Part shown: piece by piece, positions 9,501-21,100 of the stretch
How the letters are laid out: the number at the start of each line of letters is the position of its first letter
How positions within the stretch are numbered: position 1 is the stretch's first letter
Source of the DNA: Macrostomum hystrix
Taxonomy: Eukaryota > Animalia > Platyhelminthes
Direction: 5' to 3'
Assembly (NCBI GenBank): GCA_950097015.1
Contig: CATNEN010000007.1
Coordinates: 8,742,001-8,806,000, forward strand
DNA: 64,000 bases
Translations under genes and position numbers: made by a program
The notes under the pieces: model-generated
Databases searched by the model: none
Told to the model about the DNA's origin: nothing
Seen by the model: the letters and a program-made list of their open reading frames with translations, nothing else

Positions 9501-11158
9501 TCCGAGCTGCTCCAGTAGCTGCAGCTCCTTGTCCACTGCCTCGGCCAGGTGAATCGGTACCTTAGACGGTGCGTGACAAACCGGTCGGGCGTTGTCGGTC
9601 AGGTGGATGCTGACTGGCGGCCCGGTGAAGCAGCCGATGCCGCTGAGCACGCTGGAGTACTTGCGCAGTATCCTGCCGATGCTCTCAAGGGCATCTTGCG
9701 GCATTCCACTGGATCTCGTGTTGCCGAGGAGGCTGTCGACAGCCGCCTCCGCTTCCGCGACCTGCAGCACCTGATGATCGACCGTCGGTGGTGGTCCGAT
9801 CCGCAGGATTTCCATTTGAGTGGCCGTCTGCCTGCCGATGATGGTGATGCCTCTGCCGTCGACAACGTGAAATGTGGCGACCGCCCGTCGGCCGAATAAG
9901 CGGATGGACATCGCCGCCTTGCCGATGAGTTGCATCGGCCGGTCCGAGCCGTACGCGAACAACCTGTCAGAGGCTGCTTGCAGACGCGGCCGCTGTTTAA
10001 GGCTCTCAAACGTTGCGCGGTTGATCACATTGCGAGCCGCCCCGCTGTCGATCAGCACTGACAGTCTGGTGCCGTTGATCTCAGCTACTGTGTGGGCGGA
10101 TTGCTGCTCCTGGTCGACCTTGAATATGCCAGTGTCCGGGTCGTCCACCTTCTCGTAGCTGGTCTCACCTTGCAGCATCGCGACAGCATTCGAATTGCTT
10201 TGGGGCGCCTCCTGCCTGGACCTGCAAGCTCGGGCGAAGTGGCCTGGCTTTCCGCACTTTCTGCAGCTCTTGCCTTGCGCCGCGGCGCACGTGGAGTGCC
10301 CTGGCCTGCCGCACCGATTGCAGCGCACCTGCGGCCCTGGTGGCTGCTCGGCTCTCCGGATGGCTGCGAGTTGCTGCTGCGGCTCACCTGGCCTGCCGCT
10401 CTCCATCGCGCTGGCCTGCTGCTCCGCCGCTTCTTTGGCTCTCGCCTTCCTCAGCACATCTGTCAGGGTGATGTCTTTGCTCTGTAGGAAGTCTCTCCTC
10501 AGCCTCTCGGAGTCACAGTAGGCGACGATTTTGTCTCGGATCAGCGAGTCCTTGATCGCTCCAAACTCGCACGGCTCCGCCGCCTTGCGCAGGCGCTGGT
10601 ACCACTGGTCGATTGTCTCGCCTTGCTGTTGTCTGCAGGTCTCGAACTTGAAGCGGAGGAACACGATGCTGTTCTTGCCGTCCCAGAATTCCTTGATATT
10701 CTTTGCGAGGCTGCTGTAGTCTTCCCCAGCGTCAATTTCATTCTCTTCGACGATGGTCTGCAGCTCCTCTCCCGCGGCGTACAACAGCAGGTGCTGCCCT
10801 CGCTTTGCGTCATGGATCCCAGCTGCGTTAATGTATGTGGCGAACCGGCGAGCCCATGCAGTCCAGCGCTGTGCAGTTGAGTGGCAATCGCTATCGATAA
10901 CAAACTGGCCGGGAGGCGCGAGAGAAATTTGCTCAGTCATGGTGCACTAGGGGTTCGGTGCTTGCGATGCCATTGTAATAACTAAGGCCGAGGCTATTTT
11001 TAGTGAGCAGACAAAACTCTCAATCTTTACTGCCACGCTGAGCGCGCGTCCATATATTATTTGCTAGAACTGGGGTGGCGACACCCACCCCGCTCCGCAA
11101 CCAATCAAACGACCCAGGTGTACACCTGGGCCTGGCTCACGTGCGTACGCACACTACA
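6544..11158 (-). mobile_element. Full-length Ty3/gypsy LTR retrotransposon (Mag/K02A2.6-like)
   Basis: Identical 185-bp LTRs at 6544-6728 and 10974-11158 (TG...CA); 5-bp TSD GTCCG at 6539-6543 and 11159-11163; PBS TGGCATCGCAAGC just inside the 5' LTR; PPT AAGGGGGAGAGA at 6729-6740. Confidence 0.97.
6948..10940 (-). CDS. Gag-Pol polyprotein, single ORF of 1330 aa
   Basis: Two zinc knuckles (CNRCGRPGHSTC, CRKCGKPGHFARAC), protease IDSGA, RT (WIHDD), RNase H (VDAG/EKE/SDH), integrase HHCC plus DDE (ADF/TDNG/TER). Domain order PR-RT-RH-IN is the gypsy order. Confidence 0.96.
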   Translation of the reverse strand: MTEQISLAPPGQFVIDSDCHSTAQRWTAWARRFATYINAAGIHDAKRGQHLLLYAAGEELQTIVEENEIDAGEDYSSLAKNIKEFWDGKNSIVFLRFKFETCRQQQGETIDQWYQRLRKAAEPCEFGAIKDSLIRDKIVAYCDSERLRRDFLQSKDITLTDVLRKARAKEAAEQQASAMESGRPGEPQQQLAAIRRAEQPPGPQVRCNRCGRPGHSTCAAAQGKSCRKCGKPGHFARACRSRQEAPQSNSNAVAMLQGETSYEKVDDPDTGIFKVDQEQQSAHTVAEINGTRLSVLIDSGAARNVINRATFESLKQRPRLQAASDRLFAYGSDRPMQLIGKAAMSIRLFGRRAVATFHVVDGRGITIIGRQTATQMEILRIGPPPTVDHQVLQVAEAEAAVDSLLGNTRSSGMPQDALESIGRILRKYSSVLSGIGCFTGPPVSIHLTDNARPVCHAPSKVPIHLAEAVDKELQLLEQLGIIEPVDGPVPWVARMVVVPKKEPGEVRITQDLRDVNRYVIRERHQIPTFEEVTGDMAGSTVFSELDIAKAFYQVPVAEECRNLLTFSTPRGLRRLTRLCMGLSTSQEILQSVMCRVLAGLPNVKWIHDDVVVFGRTMAEHNSSLEACLARLAQRGITLNARKCRLARSSIEFMGMRLTAEGVQATESKVAAVQEFKEPETISQLRSFLGLVNYLAVFTPQLAKVAEPLRRLTRKNTDWQWGADQASAFAQLKRSIAEPTTLAFYDKRLRTQLIVDAGPTGLGAILAQVQHDGSSRPVAYASRTLSDVERRYSQTEKEALAVKFGCLKFEYYLYGSPEFTVISDHKPLTAMYAPGSRPPPRVERMALRIQHLVFKVEYQPGASNAADILSRQPLNAEGSRTSEQLREAYINEVAQAAVPKALTLEDIRKSSASDPVIRAAIAAMQGGQWDRSSAEMRSLHALREELSAVDGVLLRHQRIVVPAALRQQMLELAHQGHQCSQKTTARLSSKVWWPRMATQAEEFVSRCRSCAITSHTPAVRATPLQPTPIPKGAWLSIGADFVGPINNNMLLVCVDRYSRFPEVQLMQTTTAEALVPRLREMFARFGIPQELVTDNGPPFSSKEFGRFLESYGIKHRLITPYYPAANGMTERLNRSINKVVRAAIEERRDWRAALDEWLLAYRNTPHTATGRAPAELLMGRRPNDVIPAARPSQRVRINEQRLREMDASAKAAMKQRADARRRPRRHEIQVGDSVLRRRVGASKTQTPFESGAWTVQRVAGNSLMLRRDGAACWRHCTAVKVVTPESDDAGARPQAAAPETPGEAARNPAESPVALRPHPRAARGGVKIYKD

Positions 11159-12269
11159 GTCCGGAACTATGCATTAATTATCGCTATCGCCCATATTAAT
11201 GGAGGTTGTTCTTGGCCAAGGTTTGCACTTCTGAATTCATGGCCTTGAGCGACATTCTTAATCATCCATCGCTTCAGATCTACAATGGGAGAATTAGCTG
11301 TTGGTAGAAATTGGGGTCGTTGAGCCTACCAACTGCTGTCCATGGACACAGACTGTGTATTGATGTGCACCTGGCCCAGCTAAGGTTCGGTGGAGTTGTA
11401 TTCATTTATGCTTAAGTGTTTCAACTCAGTAAAAATGCTTGAATCGCGTCAAACAGCAGCTAGCAGGAGACGCTCCGAAATAGAAAAAAACGAGAGTGCA
11501 GAGGAATCATCAAATTACAGACATATCTGAGGCAGATTGCACAGAGAGTGGTGGAAGCTGAACTGAACGGCGCCCCTGAGCACATTAAGTGCACTTGAGT
11601 ACACATTGAGCATACTGGGGTGTCCCGAGCTCTCAGTCTAGACTTCGAGAAGGCAGCACAGTTTAAACCATGGGCCTAGCTGTGATGGATGCGTCACCCT
11701 GCGGGCTCTCCCACAGGCTCGAGCGCAGGCCAGAAGGATAATCCCACAGAATCGCTTAATGGTATGGGGATGAGGCTAGCGGCTTCACCTGCTTCAGCAC
11801 TGCTCACTGGGCAGGTTCGGAGTTTCCTACAGCAGGGATTTTTTTTCAAAAACAGACCGGCGATGCATGTACATTTGCGAGGCATAGAACATGGGTATTG
11901 CAGTCAGTCACGGCGGTTTCTAGGGGACAGTGCGAAACGGATCGGTTTTCCAATTAGCCGGTCAAACCCCGAGAGTGCGGGCTCCAGCGTCTGCTGGGCG
12001 ATTTCGGAAATTAATGCACGGACCTGGACGGCCTCAGGTCAGGGTATTGCTGCATCCCCGGGGAGAATAAACTCGGATCCGGACGGCCTCAGATCAGAGT
12101 ATTTGCTGCATCCCCTGGGAAAATTGATTGACCCAGCGCTGTCTTTCAACTCGCAGAGCTGGAGCGCTGATCATCCTCGACAAATCGCGTTGATTAATTT
12201 TACCTTGCAGAAGCTTCAGAGTAATATCTCCCTTCAGAGTAAAGCGTCTGAAAGGTCGCCTGCGTTGTC

Positions 12270-12910
12270 ATGGAAATGGACGAATCCCAATCGCAGGGTG
12301 GCCCTGGCCGCGGAGAGGTCAGCCGGACACCAGTGAGACTGAACTCAGTGGCCCGGGAGGCTATCACCAGCCAGCTCACTGACGAGCAGATCGCTGAGTT
12401 CAAAGAAGCCTTCGCCCTGTTCGATCGCGATGGCAGCGGCTCCATCACCATCCGGGAGCTGGAGTCCATCATGCGGTCGCTGGGGCAGAATCCCACGGAG
12501 CGGGAGCTCAAGGTTTAAGTTGACAATTATCCTCACATTTAGCCAATTATAAGTTATACGCTGCGAGGCCTCGAATGTCGATACTTGCTTCCGCTTCACA
12601 GGACATGGTGGAGGGCGTCGACATCGATGGGAATGGTGAGATCGACTTCCCGGAGTTCATGGCTATGATGGCCGAGAAGATCCAGGACACCAACTCCGAG
12701 CAGGAGATCATCGCCGCCTTCCAAACCTTCGACCGCGACTCCAACAACTACCTGAGCCGCGAGGAGCTGCAGGACGTGCTCACCCGCTTCGGCGACAACA
12801 GCATGTCGGACGCGGACGTGCGCGAGATGATCGCCGCGGCTGACAAGAACGGCGACGGCAAAATCCAGTACGAGGAGTTCGCGCACTTTATCGCCTCCGT
12901 CATTCGGTGA
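12270..12910 (+). CDS. Calmodulin-like 4-EF-hand protein with N-terminal extension (~183 aa)
   Basis: Exons 12270-12512 and 12602-12910 (GT...CAG, phase 0). [65 protein letters not shown]; diverged from canonical calmodulin. Confidence 0.9.
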
Positions 12911-13649
12911 GGAAGATTTTGTTGCCGACATCGCCGCGGATTTTGAGTGGCAAAACTTCAATAATAGGGCCGCGGAAATGTGTGAAGTTTTCTGTATTTT
13001 TTATGTCAGTTTTGTCAGTCATGCACTTTGAGACTCCTCTGATTATTGATAATTTCGCTATGCAGTTTTAGTTCAGTTAAATGTAATCCGGCCTCTGACT
13101 AGCCCTGCTTCATCAATAGTGATCGATTATTGCGCACAATTATTACCATCGATTTTATTTGAATATGCACCTTAATTATTATTTTTTCCTAAACTTTGCT
13201 ATATGAATTCCTTATTACATTGGTATCGCTTGACTGTAACACAAAATAAAGATCATTTCAATGGTTCCATTTTTGCACGAGATATATGACTTTACTGGAC
13301 GTCTCTTAAGTCGATTGTTAATTGGGGCCATTGCGGAATCAAGTTCAATTGAAATAACGCAAAGAAGTATTAAAAGTTGAATCGCAAAAAGCCACCTGCA
13401 TGAGCCATAATTATAAGCATATGAAATATGAAATCTGCACTACGGATTTAAGAATCAAGGCAAGGGTAATTAATCTACGTGTTTAAATTTTATTTAAATA
13501 AAATTTAAATAAAATTATTTATTTTATAAATAAATCTCTTAATATAGAAGAGATTTAGAAGAGTGCTCTCCTCATATAGAAGTTTATATTTTTGTAAAAG
13601 TACAATAGCACAGTTTTATAATAGTATTTGCACGAGGGCTACGGGCACT

Positions 13650-13763
13650 GGACTGCAAGACAAGTCTCAAAACCTTCTCTCTGCCGCTGCACCCCAAATG
13701 AATGTCTTCGCCGCGGAATCGTGTTTAGGGTGCGAGGGGCACATGCGTTAACCACCACTCACC
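13650..13763 (-). mobile_element. Degenerate 5' fragment of tRNA-derived SINE family A
   Basis: Aligns by eye with copies at 47970 and 62810 (ccttctctc...gctgc.ccccaaatgaatgt...ccgcggaatc). Confidence 0.55.
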
Positions 13764-15159
13764 AAGGTCAACTGAAGTAGTCCTTATATATAAGTAACAT
13801 CAGTTGTCCTTGCCACTCACCCCTCTACAAGAAGGACTGAGTTTTTTTGTATGTGTTAAATCAAAACATTGTTTCATATAGTGAATTATTGGTTCATTAC
13901 TATCTCAAAGATAGGTAATAATTAATGAAAAAACCAGGGACTACTTAAACTACCAGCTAATTAAGTACCTGGTTCTACCTGGTAGTCTAAAGTAGTTCCT
14001 GTCAAATACATTCGCTCAATTAATATCTACTAGCCAAAAATGAGAATTTAGTACTACTTAAGTAAATAAAAAAATGAAAATAGCAAGAAATATATTTTTT
14101 TTTAAAAAAGAGCGCTGTTGACATTCCACAAGTTGGACGCTAAAAATCGACTAAATTGTTGCGGTATGAAAAATTTAGATCTCGATAAAACAACTGTTAT
14201 AGAAATCTAACAAAAGTGTGCGTTATAGATTTGATAGTTCTTGTACTAAACATTTTTATTTTTTAATAATATGCAAAACAGAAAATCACGTTCACGAGAC
14301 AAAAGACACAGCGCCTCCTATTTCTTCGAAAGTGTGTGGGCTATTTGGGTGACTCAAATTGAAAATAGGGTGGAGTCTGGCTACTACTGTGCAGTCTTTT
14401 TGGACATGTATTCTGGTGTTTTACGTTTTGCTAAGGTTTTCTGAACAGAAGCAATCCTTGTTCAATTATCTATGCCTATGGCTCCTAGATTTTAGAGTCG
14501 TAGAAATATTTTACTGCAATTATTAACATATTAGAACATTTTATTTATGCTTAAGAAAATGGCATATTAATCAGGTCTTAAGCTTTGCATTACTGTTAGT
14601 TTCATTATTTACTGATTTAAGTTTGGCATTGCCATTAGCAATATTATATATGGCTAAGCTATTAATATTATGATGTGTGTTGTACTGCAGCTAAATGCCT
14701 TTTTGGTTTGTAAAGTCTCTGTTCATCAACATAAAAATGTGTTTTCTGTTATGCTAAATTAGCTAACATGAATTTTGCTATGCATTTTTATGTTTTAATT
14801 GTTAGTCTGTTAGAGCATTGTTAGACTATGGTTACATTTATAAAGCCTTAATTAGCTACAGTTGAGTTAATTAACTAAAAGGTAATATACAGAGCTTTTA
14901 GTTTTAATGTCTATTTTTTAAGTAAAATATATTTCAATTATGATGATTAGGTTAAAAAATTGTTTTAATAGAATATGATTTTCCTATCTAGCTTAATAAT
15001 TCTATGTTTGATTAGCAATTAAATCTAATTCATAATTGCTATATCATTTGCATTCCTCAGTACCTTTGGCTTACTCTGAAAACATCGCTTTGCAGATTAT
15101 ATTAAACATTTCTTTTCTCATTTTTTATAGCCTTTATACTCTTAAGATACAGAACAGAA

Positions 15160-18100
15160 ATGGGAAAGCCAGTAAGTAATTTGTGTTAACTAAAAAGCTA
15201 TAAAAATATTGCATTAAGTATACATCATTAGACTAAGTTTATTGGACTAAGTCTTGTTGATTCTCATTTGCTCATCCTTAGATCAATGTCAAAGTCACCA
15301 CCATTGATGCGGAGCTGGAGTTCTCCATTCAGGCCAACACAACTGGCAAGCAGCTGTTTGACCAGGTAAGCTAGTGGCTGGCTATCCAGTATTGCAATGC
15401 TTAGACTGTTGATGCATTACACTAGATTTTTTCGAATCTTAATCTGCCATATTCAGGTTGTGAAAACGATTGGTCTGCGAGAGATCTGGTACTTTGGCCT
15501 CAGGTACACTGACTCCAAGGGATTCCCCACTTGGCTAAAGCTGAACAAGAAAGTTGTGCAGCAGGACCTGCCTAAGGAGTCCCAGATGGTGTTCGACTTT
15601 CGTGTCAAATTTTATCCCGAGGACGCGTGCGAGGAACTTATCCAGGATGTGACACAGCGCATGTTCTACCTGCAGGTCAAGGAGGCCATCCTCAATGGCG
15701 ACATCTTCTGCCCGCCTGAGACCGCTGTCCTGCTGGCCAGCACTGCTTGCCAGGTCTGCGCACTAAATTGTTGCTACCAACATCTTTCCAGCACTGGGTG
15801 TAGGCTGCACTGTGTGACCATGGGTGCAGGGAGTTGCACTGTGTGATCATGGGTGCAGGGAGTTGCACTGTGTGTGATCATGGGTGCAGGGAGTTGCACT
15901 GTGTGTGATCATGGGTGCAGGGAGTTGCACTGTGTGTGATCATGGGTGCAGGGAGTTGCACTGTGTGTGATCATGGGTGCAGGGAGTTGCACTGTGTGAT
16001 CATGGGTGCAGGGAGCTGCACTGTGTGATCATGGGTGCAGGGAGTTGCACTGTGTGTGATCATGGGTGCAGGGAGTTGCACTGTGTGTGATCATGGGTGC
16101 AGGGAGTTGCACTGTGTGTGATCATGGGTGCAGGGAGTTGCACTGTGTGATCATGGGTGCAGGGAGCTGCACTGTGTGATCATGGGTGCAGGGAGTTGCA
16201 CTGTGTGATCATGGGTGCAGGGAGTTGCACTGTGTGTGATCATGGGTGCAGGGAGTTGCACTGTGTGTGATCATGGGTGCAGGGAGTTGCACTGTGTGAT
16301 CATGGATGCAGGGAGTTGCACTGTGTGATCATGGATGCAGGGAGTTGCACTGTGTGATCATGGGTGCAGGGAGTTGCACTGTGTGTGATCATGGGTGCAG
16401 GGAGTTGCACTGTGTGGGATCATGGGTGCAGGGAGTTGCACTGTGTGTGATCATGGGTGCAGGGAGTTGCACTGTGTGACCATGGGTGCAGGGAGTTGCA
16501 CTGTGTGGGATCATGGGTGCAGGGAGTTGCACTGTGTGTGATCATGGGTGCAGGGAGTTGCACTGTGTGTGATCATGGGTGCAGGGAGTTGCACTGTGTG
16601 ACCATGGGTGCAGGGAGTTGCACTGTGTGATCATGGGTGCAGGGAGTTGCACTGTGTGATCATGGGTGCAGGGAGTTGCACTGTGTGTGATCATGGGTGC
16701 AGGGAGTTGCACTGTGTGTGATCATGGGTGCAGGGAGTTGCACTGTGTGTGATCATGGGTGCAGGGAGTTGCACTGTGTGTGATCATGGGTGAAGGGAGT
16801 TGCTCTAATCCAGTCTGTCGCGAACTCATGCAGGTGAAGTTCGGTGACTACAATCCGGAGGTGCACGCAGCCGGATTCCTGGGCCGGGAGAAGACATTTC
16901 CGATTCCCGTGCAAGTGCTGGATAAGCACAGCCTGTCCAAGCAGGACTGGGAAGAGAAAGTTGTGAACTGGTACAAGGAGATGAAAGGCCGCATGAAGGA
17001 GGACGCTATGCTGGAGTACCTGCGGGTGGCTCAGGACCTGGAGATGTACGGAGTCAACTACTTCGAGATCAAGAACAAGAAGGGCACGGACCTGTTCTTA
17101 GGAGTGGACGCCCTGGGCCTCAACATCTACGCCAGAGACGACAAGCTGACGCCCAAGATCGGCTTCCCCTGGTCTGAGATCCGCAACATCTCCTTCAACG
17201 ATAAGAAGTTCGTCATCAAGCCCAATGACCGGAGAGCGCCCGTGAGTGCGGGATCGCTCTTCTCGGATTCAGGATTTCTAGCGACAGCTGCTTGGGGATC
17301 TCTAGCGAGAGCAGCTTGGGGATCTCTAGCGAGAGCAGCTTGGTGATCTCTAGCGAGAGCAGCTTGGGGATTTCTAGCGAGAGCAGCTTGGTGATCTCTA
17401 GCGAGAGCAGCTTGGGGATCTCTAGCTAGAGCAGCTTGGGGATTTCTAGCGAGAGCAGCTTGGGGATCTCTAGCGAGAGCAGCTTGGGGATCTCTAGCGA
17501 GAGCAGCTTGGGGATCTCTAGCGAGAGCAGCTTGGTGATCTCTAGCGAGAGCAGCTTGGGGATCTCTAGCTAGAGCAGCTTGGGGATTTCTAGCGAGAGC
17601 AGCTTGGGGATCTCTAGCGAGAGCAGCTTGGGGATCTCCAGCGAGAGCAGCTTGGGATCTCTAGCTAGAGCAGCTTGGGGATCTCCAGCGAGAGCAGCTT
17701 GGGGATCTCCAGCGAGAGCAGCTTGGGGATCTCTAGCGAGAGCAGCTTGGGGATCTCTAGTGAGAGCAGCTTGGGATCTCTAGTGAGAGCAGCTTGGGAT
17801 CTCTAGTGAGAGCAGCTTGGGGATCTCTAGTGAGAGCAGCTTGGGGATCTCTAGCTAGAGCAGCTTAGGGATCTCTAGCGAGAGCAGCTTGGTGATCTCT
17901 AGCGAGAGCAGCTTGGGGATCTCTAGCTAGAGCAGCTTAGGGATCTCTAGCGAGAGCAGCTTGGGGATCTCTAGCGAGAGCAGCTTGGGGATCTCCAGCG
18001 AGAGCAGCTTGGGGATCTCTAGCGAGAGCAGCTTGGGATCTCTAGTGAGAGCAGCTTGGGGATCTCTAGCGAGAGCAGCTTGGGATCTCTAGTGAGAGCA

Positions 18101-21100
18101 GCTTGGGGATCTCTAGCGAGAGCAGCTTGGGATCTCCAGCGAGAGCAGCTTGGGGATCTCTAGCGAGAGCAGCTTGGGATCTCTAGTGAGAGCAGCTTGG
18201 GGATCTCTAGCGAGAGCAGCTTGGGATCTCTAGTGAGAGCAGCTTGGGATCTCTAGTGAGAGCAGCTTGGGGATCTCTAGCGAGAGCAGCTTGGGATCTC
18301 TAGTGAGAGCAGCTTGGGGATCTCTAGTGAGAGCAGCTTGGGGATCTCTAGCTAGAGCAGCTTAGGGATCTCTAGCGAGAGCAGCTTGGTGATCTCTAGC
18401 GAGAGCAGCTTGGGGATCTCTAGCTAGAGCAGCTTAGGGATCTCTAGCGAGAGCAGCTTGGGGATCTCTAGCGAGAGCAGCTTGGGGATCTCCAGCGAGA
18501 GCAGCTTGGGGATCTCTAGCGAGAGCAGCTTGGGATCTCTAGTGAGAGCAGCTTGGGGATCTCTAGCGAGAGCAGCTTGGGATCTCTAGTGAGAGCAGCT
18601 TGGGGATCTCTAGCGAGAGCAGCTTGGGATCTCCAGCGAGAGCAGCTTGGGGATCTCTAGCGAGAGCAGCTTGGGATCTCTAGTGAGAGCAGCTTGGGGA
18701 TCTCTAGCGAGAGCAGCTTGGGATCTCTAGTGAGAGCAGCTTGGGATCTCTAGTGAGAGCAGCTTGGGGATCTCTAGCGAGAGCAGCTTGGGATCTCTAG
18801 TGAGAGCAGCTTGGGGATCTCTAGCGAGAGCAGCTTGGGATCTCCAGCGAGAGCAGCTTGGGGATCTCTAGCGAGAGCAGCTTGGGATCTCTAGTGAGAG
18901 CAGCTTGGGGATCTCTAGCGAGAGCAGCTTGGGATCTCTAGTGAGAGCAGCTTGGGGATCTCTAGCGAGAGCAGCTTGGGGATCTCCAGCGAGAGCAGCT
19001 TGGGGATCTCTAGCGAGAGCAGCTTGGGATCTCTAGTGAGAGCAGCTTGGGGATCTCTAGCGAGAGCAGCTTGGGATCTCCAGCGAGAGCAGCTTGGGGA
19101 TCTCTAGCGAGAGCAGCTTGGGATCTCTAGTGAGAGCAGCTTGGGGATCTCTAGCGAGAGCAGCTTGGGATCTCTAGTGAGAGCAGCTTGGGGATCTCTA
19201 GCGAGAGCAGCTTGGGGATCTCCAGCGAGAGCAGCTTGGGGATCTCTAGCGAGAGCAGCTTGGGATCTCTAGTGAGAGCAGCTTGGGGATCTCTAGCGAG
19301 AGCAGCTTGGTGTTCTCTAGCGAGAGCAGCTTGGGATCTCTAGCTAGAGCAGCTTGGGGATCTCTAGCGAGAGCGGCTGCGGGAACGATTTGGGAATCTT
19401 AAGAGACTGTAATTTGCGAGTGAAGATCATAGATTGGGAGCCTGTTGTCTAGTGGTTAAAGCTTCGAACTTCTTGACCCAGCTGTAATTGGATTGGCTCT
19501 AGAATCTCAGCCCTTGTGGCTAGGAGATGTGTTACTATGGCTTCACGGCCGCATGGGCTTAGTCACAGAGAGTGCATGGAGCGGTTGTGCAGCCCCGCCC
19601 GTCCCCGCCACCCTCAGGACTTTGTGTTCTTTGCCTCTCGCCTGCGCATCAACAAGCGGATCCTGGCGCTGTGCATGGGCAACCACGAGCTGTACATGCG
19701 CCGACGCAAGCCGGACACCATCGAGGTGCAGCAGATGAAGGCCCAGGCCAAGGAGGACCGCGCCAACAAGCAGTTTGAGAAGTGAGTCCACAAAACACTT
19801 CGCCGCATAGCTTAGCTACAGGCCACAGAAGAGGCGCGCAGAAAGTGAAGCAACACGCTGTGAACTGCGAACTCTCACCCGCCGCCGCACTGTGCAATCT
19901 CAATGGGCGGCTAAAGCTCTCAGCGCACGCAAACCAGCACCAAAGCTGTCCGCCTGTTGCGCCTCTCCCTGCCTAAAAAATTCTGCTTTTCGGTTGCAGG
20001 CTTCGCCAAACAGGCCTGCTCCTCTGCTTTCAGTCTATCACTGCAAAATTCGAGACTCCAAAGTTGTCCGCTCCGCCCGGCTTATCTGTGGAGGCGCCAT
20101 TTTTTCACCTGACTTTCCCTGCCCTCTCACCTCTGCTATTAACTTTTCTTCTCTGCTGCTTTCACCAGAAATTGCAACACCTGCCTTTGAGACAGACTGC
20201 AATAAGAATCTAGCATTTGCTTCTCATTTATTAGCTTTAATTAGCTAGTTACTGACTCTTCTGTAATCCTCCTATTGGGCCGATTGCACCCAATTCTGCA
20301 AAGGATTTCCTACAGTGACAAACTCGAGAAACTTCGGCGCAAATTATCCCCGAAATTTCAACTTACCCATCCACCTATCAGTCCATCGCCCAAGCCAAGA
20401 TACCGAGTTATCCTCAGTTGCTAACTAGTATTGTTGCAAATTATTCCTATCACTATATTGATAAATTAATTGATGCTTTTCTACTTTATCTACTCGTAGA
20501 ATTTAGAGTAAGCCCAAAAGCCAGGCGAATAAATGAGTGCGTACAGTTAGGCTGCAGTTCGGCCGTGAGTAGATAGGGGCCGCTCTCTCCCGGCAACGCC
20601 TTCGCAACTCGCTCGGTAGTTAATAGCGGCTTTTCGTCATTTTTCGTCGAAAAGCTTGGGCGTGTTTTTCTCTGTTAAAGTCGATAAGAAAACAACCCCA
20701 CACATTGTGCAACCGCAGCCAATTGCTAGTTACCATGGCAACAAACGCGTCATCTCTCTCTTTCCCTTGCTGGCTCTGCCACCTTGGCCTTATTTGGCTG
20801 CGTGTCCAGCCAGGCAGCGGCTTGGCGCCGATAGCGAGACCTGGCAATAAAAAACAAATTGTTTGCTTGTTCTCTGCAGCCAAACCGTGCAGCTCAATTC
20901 TCCGTGCCTATTTGACCTCATTTTTGTTAATTTCTTCTTCATTCAGCCCACTCATTGCAACAAATGTATGTGCGTATGCGAGTGTTCATTATTCTGTTCC
21001 TTTCTAGTGGCATTGCCTTTTTTCGTTTGGCAACTTGTTGTCCGGGGGCTCATTAATTACTGGTCTAACGCAGGCCTCTGTCTGTCTCTGTGCTTCAGGT

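Noticed and set aside
10951-10972. Assigning the PBS to a specific tRNA
   Set aside because: It starts with TGG as expected, but I cannot confidently match it to a tRNA 3' end without a search.
11689-12336. 215-aa ORF upstream of the calmodulin-like gene
   Set aside because: It has no domain similarity I can recognise, runs through a splice acceptor and a short local duplication, and is out of frame with the CDS.
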